From NCBI GenBank assembly GCA_036402075.1, contig DASWTP010000141.1, positions 2,357 through 66,356 on the forward strand: 64,000 bases of DNA. Reading direction: 5' to 3'. The stretch comes from Chryseosolibacter sp. Its GTDB lineage: Bacteria; Bacteroidota; Bacteroidia; Cytophagales; Cyclobacteriaceae. The position numbers and the translations under genes are program-made. Under the pieces are notes generated by a model, which did not search any database, was not told where the DNA came from, and saw nothing but the letters and a program-made list of their open reading frames with translations. Shown piece after piece: positions 18,045 through 26,442 of this stretch (positions within the stretch are counted from its first letter, which is position 1; each line of letters opens with the position of its first letter).

Positions 18045-19283
18045 ATGAATATCAAAAACCGCCTGATCCTAATGAACTTCCTCGAATTTTTTGTGTGGGG
18101 GTCTTGGTTGATTTCACTTGGCGGATATTTGATTGTAACGCTCAAATTCTCGGGTTCGCAGGTGGGAAGTATCTATGCAACGATGGGCATCGCATCACTG
18201 TTCATGCCCACAATTATGGGAATTATTGCCGACCGCTGGGTAAATGCTGAACGCGTGCTGGGCATCTGCCATATTATTGGCGCACTTCTTCTTATCTACG
18301 CCACGCGCGTCACTGACTTTCAAACAATGTATATCGTCATGCTGTTGAACTCCATGTTCTACATGCCCACCATTGCCTTGAACAACTCAGTTTCGTACGC
18401 AACGCTTCAAAAAGACGGAATCGACATCGTGAAATTTTTTCCTGCGATCCGCGTTTGGGGAACCATCGGTTTCATTGTTGCCATGTGGGTGATCGACCTG
18501 GGTCAATGGACGTTGAGCCCTATGCAATTGTATGTCAGCGCCACCGCTGGCCTTCTTCTCGGATTATATGCCTTCACAATGCCTGCGGTTCCACCTAGCA
18601 AAGTGAAGAAAGACGGCAGTTTCATAAGCACCTTCGGACTTGAAGCGTTTGTGCTGTTCAAGCGAAAGAAGATGACTGTATTTTTTATTTTCGCGATGTT
18701 GCTTGGAGCCGCGCTGCAAATTACCAATACTTTCGGTGAACCATTTATCCACGACTTTGCAGATGAATATCCAGAGTCGTTTGCCGTCAGACATCCCAGT
18801 ATCCTGATGTCAGTTTCCCAGATATCCGAAACGCTATTCATTCTCACCATCCCATTTTTCCTTCAACGTTTTGGGATTAAGAAAGTGATGCTAATAAGTA
18901 TTTTCGCCTGGGTATTGCGTTTTGGGCTGTTCGGATTTGGAAATCCTGGCGATGGCTTCGCGTTGTTAATTTTGTCGATGATCATTTACGGGATGGCGTT
19001 CGACTTCTTCAACATCTCGGGATCGCTGTTTGTAAAAAATGAAGCGGATAATTCCATTATTTCAAGCGCACAAGGTCTGTTCATGCTCATGACCAACGGT
19101 GTCGGTGCGTTTGTTGGCGGAACGATCAGTGGATTCGTAGTTGATTATTTCACCGTGGACGGAGTCCGTGACTGGCAAAGTATCTGGTTATCGTTTGCCG
19201 GCTATGCGTTGATCTTAGGTCTGTTTTTCCCATTTGTCTTCAAGAGCGACAAAAAGGAAGTTGTTACAAGCGTAGCACATTAA
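18045..19283 (+). CDS. Nucleoside:H+ symporter (NupG/XapB family MFS)
   Basis: MNFLEFFVWGSW, IRVWGTIGF, SQISE and AFDFFNISGSLF motifs. Confidence 0.92.
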   Translation: MNIKNRLILMNFLEFFVWGSWLISLGGYLIVTLKFSGSQVGSIYATMGIASLFMPTIMGIIADRWVNAERVLGICHIIGALLLIYATRVTDFQTMYIVMLLNSMFYMPTIALNNSVSYATLQKDGIDIVKFFPAIRVWGTIGFIVAMWVIDLGQWTLSPMQLYVSATAGLLLGLYAFTMPAVPPSKVKKDGSFISTFGLEAFVLFKRKKMTVFFIFAMLLGAALQITNTFGEPFIHDFADEYPESFAVRHPSILMSVSQISETLFILTIPFFLQRFGIKKVMLISIFAWVLRFGLFGFGNPGDGFALLILSMIIYGMAFDFFNISGSLFVKNEADNSIISSAQGLFMLMTNGVGAFVGGTISGFVVDYFTVDGVRDWQSIWLSFAGYALILGLFFPFVFKSDKKEVVTSVAH

Positions 19284-19376
19284 GGTCGGACTAATCCTGG
19301 CACCTGGCGACCTCGTTCAGGACTACTGCCGTGCTGAGTACCGCAACGCATTTAAAACCTACGAGCTGCTAAAATG

Positions 19377-19406
19377 AAAAAAGCGCCCCCTTTCGGATGA
19401 CGCTTT
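19377..19406 (-). terminator. Intrinsic terminator of the GH5 gene
   Basis: Minus strand AAAGCGTCATCC-GAAA-GGGGGCGCTTT followed by a T tract. Confidence 0.65.
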
Positions 19407-19434
19407 CCAACAACAAACCTATAAACACCAAATC

Positions 19435-20529
19435 TTAAATTGCTTTTCTTGTTCCCCCTCCGTTCTTCAACTCGATAAGGTACCGAACTTCCTCTTCTTT
19501 GTATGGAGTTCCGTCTACGCGGAAGATATCATGGAACCAAAGCGATGGCTCGCCATCGTATGTTACTGACCATGAATCCCACGGATAACTTGTTTGCGTC
19601 TTGCCTGCAACCAGTCCCCAGTTGTATCCACTCACGTTGTGCTTCCTGAAAATTGGAAGAATACTTTCAAACGTGTTGTTAAATCCTCTCGCCATGTACT
19701 CGGTGCAGAGAATGGGTCGATTGAAGCGTTTGAGTTTCAAAATCCTTCTCTCCATCTCTTCCGGAGATTCATAGTTGTGAAAGGTGATTACATCCGAATT
19801 GTGAAGCATAAAACGATCAAGCGGTTTTGCTTCTTTCTCGCTCCACTCCCCTATCCAAACACCCGATGTCAACGGCTGAGTTGGATTCATCTCCCGGGCC
19901 CACCTGAATGCCTTCTCCAGGAGCTTCAGGCTCAAGTCAGCTTTATTCTTAGGCTCGAACGCACCGTACGATGAACCGTTCGTGTTGCAGGGTTCGTTGA
20001 ACAAATCCCAAACATGGATGCGGTTATCATTAGCAAAATGGCCGATTACGCCTTTCACGTAACTTTCCATTTCATCGTGCCGTTTTACATCTTTTAAAAT
20101 TTCGATTCCAGGACTTTGCAGCCAGCCGGAATTATGTACTCCTATCTTATACTCGCGCTTGCCAGGTTCCGGAAAGGGATTCCACACACTGTCAAACAAA
20201 ACGAACATAACTCCTATTTTATGTCCATCAGCAATCTGCAGGAAAGTCTCCATTCTTTCCTTCAATCCTTCCGCATCATGTTCCCACAGCAGGTGATGCA
20301 AGAAAACCCGAATGGTATTAAAGCCAAGGCTTTCAGCCCATCCTAACTCGCGATCGATGGTCGCAGGATCGAAGGAACCCGCTTCCCACATTTCGAGTTG
20401 ATTCACCGCATTTGATGGCGCATAGTTACAGCCCAGCAGCCATCCTTTTTCCGAATACCATTTATTGACTTTTTCTTCAGACCAACGCATGTCGGAAACT
20501 TGCGTTGCGCTCACGTTGTTTGATTTCAT
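19435..20529 (-). CDS. Clan GH-A glycoside hydrolase, GH5 (resembles subfamily 13), no signal peptide
   Basis: RWSEEK..W..GCNY.PS.A.NQLEMW N-terminus, WDLFNEP (acid/base) and CTEYMAR (nucleophile). ATG at 20529 preferred over TTG at 20649. Confidence 0.82.
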   Translation of the reverse strand: MKSNNVSATQVSDMRWSEEKVNKWYSEKGWLLGCNYAPSNAVNQLEMWEAGSFDPATIDRELGWAESLGFNTIRVFLHHLLWEHDAEGLKERMETFLQIADGHKIGVMFVLFDSVWNPFPEPGKREYKIGVHNSGWLQSPGIEILKDVKRHDEMESYVKGVIGHFANDNRIHVWDLFNEPCNTNGSSYGAFEPKNKADLSLKLLEKAFRWAREMNPTQPLTSGVWIGEWSEKEAKPLDRFMLHNSDVITFHNYESPEEMERRILKLKRFNRPILCTEYMARGFNNTFESILPIFRKHNVSGYNWGLVAGKTQTSYPWDSWSVTYDGEPSLWFHDIFRVDGTPYKEEEVRYLIELKNGGGTRKAI

Positions 20530-20958
20530 TTTGGTGTTGTTTGCTAGTGTGCCTTTGAGTTCCCTCATCAGGACATAACCGAAAGAAGGTGTTGTTATTT
20601 CTCTTCCGATTACAAAACAAAGTTCATCAAAATACGTGCTGGATTTCAACTTGGATTGTCCAACGAGATAGGCAGTGTAAGATTTTCGTCCGCCAATCCA
20701 AATCTGAACCAGCTATACGGTAGATACACCGTATGGCTGCTTCTAAATTGTTGATGGTAAAAATCTTGTAAGCCCGCCAGCACGTGTGTCGAAGCTTCCA
20801 CACTGTTAGCCAAAGAAAGTTTGTGTCAGGGAGAAGCCAATTCGCCAAAAGATTCAGCCATTTTGTTACCGCAGGAAAGGATATTACAACAAGGCGCCCG
20901 AGGCGCGCATCGCAGGTATCAGAAATTTCTGAGAGTGTAATGCAAATGCCTGCGCATG

Positions 20959-21822
20959 TTATCCGTTGACGATCTCTCCTCCATTGGGGTGGAGAAACTG
21001 GCCGGTGATATAGGACGAGTCTTCGCATGCAAGGAACAAATAACTCGGAGCAACTTCAGAGGGCTCACCTGCTCGTTCCATCGGTGCGTCACTACCAAAG
21101 GTTGAAACTTTTTTCCGATCAAAGGTAGACGCTATCAAGGGTGTCCATATGGGTCCGGGCGCCACTCCGTTGACACGGATTTTTCGCTTAATAAGGTTGG
21201 CCGCCAGGCTACGGGTAAAACTAACGATGGCGCCTTTGGTGGACGCGTAATCAATTAGACCGCCACTGCCGCGATACGCAGTCACCGAAGAGGTGTTGAT
21301 AATGCACGAGCCCTCTTGCATATGTTCAAGGGCGGCCTTTGTCGTCCAGAAATATGAAAAGAAATTTGTTGAGAATGTCTTGAGAAGGTTTTCGGTCGTT
21401 ATGTCTTCGATCTTTTCCTCTTCATAATGCACGGCCGCATTATTTACGAGTACATCGATCTTCCCGAATTTTTTTATCGTTTGCGCGACAGCTCGGTGGC
21501 AGTTCTTTTCTTTGCTTAGATCACCCGGAATGACGATACACTCACGGCCGTGTTCTTCAACCATGGCTTTGGTCTCTTCAGCATCCGGGTGTTCGCTTAA
21601 ATACGCGATGGCAATGTTTGCTCCCTCTTTGGCAAATAAAACGGCCACGGCCCGACCGATTCCGCTGTCGCCACCCGTGATCAACGCCACTTTCCCAGCA
21701 AGCCGGCCGGAACCGGGATACGGAGTGCTCACTTCGGGTGCCGGTGTCATCTTGCGCTCCATACCAGGCCTGCGTTGTGTTTGTGGCTTCCGCAACGGTT
21801 TCTTCTTCCCAGCCTTTTGCAT
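20959..21822 (-). CDS. SDR oxidoreductase (YhdF/YghA general-stress type)
   Basis: ITGGDSGIGRA, NNAA, YASTK and VAPGPIWTPL motifs. Confidence 0.93.
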   Translation of the reverse strand: MQKAGKKKPLRKPQTQRRPGMERKMTPAPEVSTPYPGSGRLAGKVALITGGDSGIGRAVAVLFAKEGANIAIAYLSEHPDAEETKAMVEEHGRECIVIPGDLSKEKNCHRAVAQTIKKFGKIDVLVNNAAVHYEEEKIEDITTENLLKTFSTNFFSYFWTTKAALEHMQEGSCIINTSSVTAYRGSGGLIDYASTKGAIVSFTRSLAANLIKRKIRVNGVAPGPIWTPLIASTFDRKKVSTFGSDAPMERAGEPSEVAPSYLFLACEDSSYITGQFLHPNGGEIVNG

Positions 21823-21839
21823 ACTCTTAAATGTTTGAG

Positions 21840-23195
21840 TTAGATACAATCTTCTTTCATACCAGGTATTGCGGCCTCCTCTAAAATTTCAGGTTCGCGA
21901 TACTCAAAAATAAATCGTTCGTCCTGCTGCCACCAACCGTCTTCTTGCATAGCCGGATGTATAAACAACGGATCCACGGTAAGTCTTTGGATGTAGTCAG
22001 CAAGAGGTGTTCCCACTGCGACACCGGAGCTTACATCGAATGCACCCGACTCGTACAGCCCGCCAGCCTCCGTGAGTAACCGATTCCATCCATAGGACCC
22101 CAACATCGCCCAGGTAGTGAGCGCTTTAATATTGACGCCTTGCTGCAGGAGCTCACTGCAGGCATTGCGGATTTGTCCAAACCACCTCACCTGGTTGTCA
22201 TAATCACAGTTTATATGGACCTCGGTCAGTACCATTGGCAACTTGTAACGCTCCCACGCTTCTTCGAGTAGGACTTTAATTCCTGATGGCTCGTTTAAGC
22301 GAATGCGAACTGCTTCAACGTCTGCATATTTGTGCCTATGATTATGACCATGGGTGTGCGCTGGATAGCGAGCCAGGTTTTCATCGAGGTAGCGCTCAGA
22401 GGTAGCGTAGTAATCCAATCCAAGAATATCCGGAGGGCACGGGTTCTGTTGAAGAAACGCAAGATCGTCCTGCGCTGCATACTTGGAAAAATATCTCCAA
22501 AGCGGGTGACGGTCATTCAATCTTCCACAAAGGATATCGTACGTGAGCCATCGTCTTGAGTTTTCAAATTTCGCCTGGTACGCCATGAAGGGCGTGCTGT
22601 AGATCTTAGCAAGATCTTCGGTCTGCACGAGCCTGGCTTCCGGGTTGATTTCTCGTATGGCGCGCATTGCCAGGACAATTGCCTTCATCTCGTTAAGCAG
22701 AATTGAGACGAAAGCCTTGTCATTGCGTTTGTGCGGATGCCAAAGCCCGTAAAGGCCGGCAAATCGTGCTGTCGTCAGGGGTTCGTTCACGGGAGTGTAA
22801 TACTTCACCCAGGGATAGCGTTGCGAAACCTGCCTTGCAAATTGCTCGAGACCTGAAGCAAATTTGGCAGTGGCAAAGTTTGCATACTTCGGTCCGCTGC
22901 CATGATGGACAAATCCCACGATAGGTTCGATATTCTTCTCCCGCAGCAACTTCAGTGCACGATCGGTGGCGCTCCAGTCGATCGTTGCGTTCTGAGTCGG
23001 ACAAAGTCTTTCCCAGATGACCGGATAGCGCATCGCCTTGATTCCCAGCTGTGAAAATTTTTCAATGTCGTCTTCGATCCGATCATAATGACCCGAATAC
23101 GCAAGCTGGTCAAAATAACGACTTTGAACCCGGTTATACGAACACTCAATACCGCCCCAGACCTCAGGTGTGTAGTTGATAGACCTTTTGTCCAT
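21840..23195 (-). CDS. Family 1-like glycoside hydrolase (stress-cluster type)
   Basis: WGGIECS, HHGSGP, TPVNEPLTTARF (acid/base) and LTEVH (nucleophile). Overlaps the glf 3' end. Confidence 0.85.
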   Translation of the reverse strand: MDKRSINYTPEVWGGIECSYNRVQSRYFDQLAYSGHYDRIEDDIEKFSQLGIKAMRYPVIWERLCPTQNATIDWSATDRALKLLREKNIEPIVGFVHHGSGPKYANFATAKFASGLEQFARQVSQRYPWVKYYTPVNEPLTTARFAGLYGLWHPHKRNDKAFVSILLNEMKAIVLAMRAIREINPEARLVQTEDLAKIYSTPFMAYQAKFENSRRWLTYDILCGRLNDRHPLWRYFSKYAAQDDLAFLQQNPCPPDILGLDYYATSERYLDENLARYPAHTHGHNHRHKYADVEAVRIRLNEPSGIKVLLEEAWERYKLPMVLTEVHINCDYDNQVRWFGQIRNACSELLQQGVNIKALTTWAMLGSYGWNRLLTEAGGLYESGAFDVSSGVAVGTPLADYIQRLTVDPLFIHPAMQEDGWWQQDERFIFEYREPEILEEAAIPGMKEDCI

Positions 23196-24303
23196 TCGCG
23201 TGTTTTTCGGTTTTGTTTTGCGTAAGCTTTTCAAAAAGCGAAAGCGACTGTGCAACTACCTGGTCCATGTTATAATATTTATAGGTTGCCAGGCGACCCG
23301 TGAAATAGGTGTTCGTCATGGCATTCGCCAGCTGCTGATACTTTTTATAGATCTCGGCATTTTCTGGCCTTGGTATCGGATAATAGGGATCCCCTTCGGC
23401 CTGCGGGTACTCATACACAATCGAAGTCTTCGAATGCTTTTGTCCCGTCAGGTATTTAAATTCAGTGATCCGCGTGTAGGCATGCTCGTTTGGAAAATTG
23501 ATCGTTCCGGTTGCCTGAAAGGTTTCCGTGTCATGGGTCTCAAACTTAAATTCAAGAGATCGGTAGGGCAATCTTCCGTAGCAATAGTTGAAGAAGCTAT
23601 CGATCGGTCCTGTATAGATCAGATTTTTGTAAGGGATTACATCGAGAATCTCTTTGTAGTCCGTATTCAACATGATTTTGATATTTGGATGCGAAAGCAT
23701 CTTCTGAAACATCCGGGTATATCCGTACAGCGGCATCGCCTGATATGTATCTGTAAAATACCGATCGTCTTTGTTCGTTCGGGTGGGGACGCGCGCGGTC
23801 ACTGACGCATCCAGTTCGGATGGATCAAGATCCCACTGCTTCCGAGTATAGTACTTGAAAAACTTTTCATAGAGCTCACGACCTACCTTGCTCACCACCA
23901 CGTCTTCCGATGTTTTGACGCGATCGATCTTTTCTGCCTTCGACTCGAAAAATGCTTCGACTTCGCTGCAGTTGAGGTTTAATCCATACAATTTGTTAAT
24001 GGTAGTGAGGTTTATCGGTATGGGCACGAGTTGCCCATCAACACTGCCTAACACGCGGTGTTCGTAGGGTCTCCAGGCTGTGAATTTCCCCAGGTAGTCG
24101 AATACCTTTTTTGAATTTGTATGAAATATATGCGGTCCATACTTATGGATCAGAATCCCGTCTTTGTTGAAATAGTCATAGGCATTTCCTCCAATATGAT
24201 CCCGTTGTTCTACCAATAATACTTTTTGGTCTCCTATAGATGCCAGGCGTTCCGCCAACACACTTCCAGCAAACCCAGCTCCTACAATCAAATAATCAAA
24301 CAT
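23164..24303 (-). CDS. glf: UDP-galactopyranose mutase
   Basis: IVGAGFAG, HIGGNAYD, HKYGPHIFHT, PYYP and GRLATYKYYNMDQ motifs. Confidence 0.97.
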   Translation of the reverse strand: MFDYLIVGAGFAGSVLAERLASIGDQKVLLVEQRDHIGGNAYDYFNKDGILIHKYGPHIFHTNSKKVFDYLGKFTAWRPYEHRVLGSVDGQLVPIPINLTTINKLYGLNLNCSEVEAFFESKAEKIDRVKTSEDVVVSKVGRELYEKFFKYYTRKQWDLDPSELDASVTARVPTRTNKDDRYFTDTYQAMPLYGYTRMFQKMLSHPNIKIMLNTDYKEILDVIPYKNLIYTGPIDSFFNYCYGRLPYRSLEFKFETHDTETFQATGTINFPNEHAYTRITEFKYLTGQKHSKTSIVYEYPQAEGDPYYPIPRPENAEIYKKYQQLANAMTNTYFTGRLATYKYYNMDQVVAQSLSLFEKLTQNKTEKHANGQKVYQLHT

Positions 24304-25456
24304 ACGCTTGCTCCTTTATTTCATTTGGTTTTATCTCTTTATCGTGCAATTTTTTCGTAATAAGGTACATCATCCGCTGGAAGGTCTTGTCCCAGCTATT
24401 CTGCGAAAGAAACTCATTCACATGCTGCATCCATTCATCACGGTCATTATTCTCAAGCTCCAGTGATGCAACTCTTACAAACTCTTCAGGTGTTCCTGCA
24501 ATGTTCACCAGGCCATTACGCCCGTATTGGCGCAATACATCAGCTATTGGTGTTGATATAACAGGTTTTCCGGCTGCCAGATATTCTGGTGTCTTTGTGG
24601 GACTTATATATCGCGTTGATTCATTATGAGCGAATGGCATCATGGCGATGTCCCATCCAGCTATATAAGAAGGCAATTCCTGGTAACTCTTCATTCCCAA
24701 ATAATGGATGTTGGGAAGTTTGGGTAGCGCGTCAGGGCTGATTTTCGCTGTCGGACCGATCATAATGATTTGCCATTCAGGTTTTCGTTTAGCAATTCCC
24801 TCGATCAACGCCAGGTCTATACGCTCGTCAATCACACCGAAATATCCAATCCGCGGATAACCAATAGTGGCCTGATCTGCCGGATCAACGGTGTAATGAC
24901 GCGCTTTAAAATAATGCTCGGTATCGATACTGCTTGGAAAAGGATGCACATCGTGGTGACGTGTTTTCTTCGCTTCATATAAACTATATCCTCCTGTGAA
25001 CACAATGTCGGCTTTTACCAGTAACTGGTTCTCACGATCTTTCAACGACTGCGGTGCAAACTTGAACGCAGAGAGTTCATCCATGCAATCGTAAACGGTA
25101 ATCACAGGATTAAAGTGATCGCTTATCGGAAGCATCATGGGCGTGTAATACCAGAAGAAGTACTGCGTAATGTTGTTGTCAATAAAAAACTTTGACAGCA
25201 TTTCTTTTTGTATCGCGATGACTTCCTCTTCGGACATACCATTCACGAGGCGTGGCGTTACCACCGTTACCTTCTCAGCAGAGACGGAAACATCAAGAAC
25301 ATTTTCAACAGAATCAAAAAGTGGCTCCTCGACAAAAAAAACATTAAACTGTTTCGCAAACCTGCTAAGAAGGTGCTGCGGACGTTGGTAGACAAAATTC
25401 CAGCGCAGATGGGAAAAACAAACGAGATGAGTTGCAGAGGTAGAAATGTTCGTCAT
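24296..25456 (-). CDS. GT-B fold glycosyltransferase (GT4-like)
   Basis: SHLRWNFVYQRPQHL, YDCMDELSAF and ISPTKTPEYLAAGKPV motifs; family usually found with glf. Confidence 0.9.
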   Translation of the reverse strand: MTNISTSATHLVCFSHLRWNFVYQRPQHLLSRFAKQFNVFFVEEPLFDSVENVLDVSVSAEKVTVVTPRLVNGMSEEEVIAIQKEMLSKFFIDNNITQYFFWYYTPMMLPISDHFNPVITVYDCMDELSAFKFAPQSLKDRENQLLVKADIVFTGGYSLYEAKKTRHHDVHPFPSSIDTEHYFKARHYTVDPADQATIGYPRIGYFGVIDERIDLALIEGIAKRKPEWQIIMIGPTAKISPDALPKLPNIHYLGMKSYQELPSYIAGWDIAMMPFAHNESTRYISPTKTPEYLAAGKPVISTPIADVLRQYGRNGLVNIAGTPEEFVRVASLELENNDRDEWMQHVNEFLSQNSWDKTFQRMMYLITKKLHDKEIKPNEIKEQAYV

Positions 25457-25486
25457 ATGGTGTTAGAATTAGCGATGGTGTTAAGG

Positions 25487-25501
25487 GCTATTCTCATGCC
25501 A
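25487..25501 (-). promoter_or_regulatory. Sigma-54-like -24/-12 promoter for the GT-glf-GH1-SDR operon
   Basis: TGGCATGAGAATAGC = GG-N10-GC, ending 30 nt before the ATG. Confidence 0.6.
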
Positions 25502-25623
25502 CAGGTCATTCCTCCGCTTTTATGACCAGGCAGTGGTTTCTGGGTAATTAAATACCCATGAAGATTCTATTAATTGATGTAAATACCGCGATTTTGCCGC
25601 TTGGTTCTACATTCGAGGCAGAC

Positions 25624-25654
25624 AAAAAAAAGCCCTCCGGTTGCTCCGGAAGGC
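25624..25654 (-). terminator. Intrinsic terminator of the DUF4142 gene
   Basis: Minus strand GCCTTCCGG-AGCAA-CCGGAGGGC-TTTTTTTT. Confidence 0.85.
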
Positions 25655-25678
25655 CTCTTAACTCAAAGACAAAGTCAA

Positions 25679-26278
25679 TTAAGCATTGCTATCTTTAATA
25701 CGATCGTGAATCGCTTCGAGTTGATCGCGATGGCTCTTCAGCGTTGGAAGCGTCTTTGTCAACCATGCTTTCAAGTCGGCATCTTCGGTCTTGTCAATAC
25801 GCTTCTCAAATTTGTTGATCGATTCTTCATGGCGATCAATCATCTCCTTGCACCACTTCTTGTCGAAATCTTTTCCAGCTTCATCCGTGAAGCGCTCGGT
25901 CTTTCTTCTCGCTTCGTCATCTTCCTCAACCGGCACGCTGATGGACTTACTTGACGCAAAAGCTTTCAGTTCATTCAACGTCTTGGTATGATCAGCCACC
26001 AGCATAGCAGCCATTTTCTTCACTTCAGGATTTGAAGAATTGCGTGTTGCGAGCTGAGCAAACTTAATCTCACCATAATTCAGTTCAACGGTGCGGGCAA
26101 CGAAGTCTGCATCGTTCTCCATGTCGTTGTCTTCAAATTTCTCATCGTTTGCTTCGTCAGCTTGCTCCTTACTGTCCTTGCTGTCGGCAGTAGCATCGTT
26201 CGTTTCCCGCTTGGCCTCATTACAAGCCAGCATTGACACCAGGGAAACAACTGTCAATATTCTGAAAATCCGTTTCAT
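25679..26278 (-). CDS. DUF4142 (ferritin-like) lipoprotein
   Basis: Lipobox SMLAC; EI..AQLA, M..DH, FDK.W...M...H and TLPTLKSH motifs. Confidence 0.88.
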   Translation of the reverse strand: MKRIFRILTVVSLVSMLACNEAKRETNDATADSKDSKEQADEANDEKFEDNDMENDADFVARTVELNYGEIKFAQLATRNSSNPEVKKMAAMLVADHTKTLNELKAFASSKSISVPVEEDDEARRKTERFTDEAGKDFDKKWCKEMIDRHEESINKFEKRIDKTEDADLKAWLTKTLPTLKSHRDQLEAIHDRIKDSNA

Positions 26279-26309
26279 AAAAATTGGTTTTAGTTTTTCC
26301 CTCATTTAA

Positions 26310-26324
26310 ATGAAAAGTGTTCCA
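26310..26324 (-). promoter_or_regulatory. Sigma-54-like motif upstream of DUF4142
   Basis: TGGAACACTTTTCAT, ending 31 nt before ATG 26278; -12 element is non-canonical. Confidence 0.4.
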
Positions 26325-26442
26325 GCCAGTTTCTCGCTTCCCTCGCGCGAAAGTGCTGGTTTGATTGTGTAACCGCATCCCCATTGCGAGCGGCAGTCCG
26401 TTAACCACGGCCTGAAAATTTAAAATTGCTCTAAAACGAATT

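Noticed and set aside
20550-20575. Hammerhead ribozyme (CTGATGAG on the minus strand)
   Set aside because: The required GAAA after stem II is missing (CTCAAAGG) and no stem I/III with an NUH site was found; kept only as a hairpin.
20627-21028. 133-aa minus-strand ORF between SDR and GH5
   Set aside because: It overlaps the SDR in another frame, has no recognisable motif and runs over putative regulatory elements.
25471-25490. GCGATGGTGTT resembling a fluoride riboswitch start
   Set aside because: It is on the wrong strand for the adjacent gene, the pairing arm is missing, and there is no fluoride-related gene.
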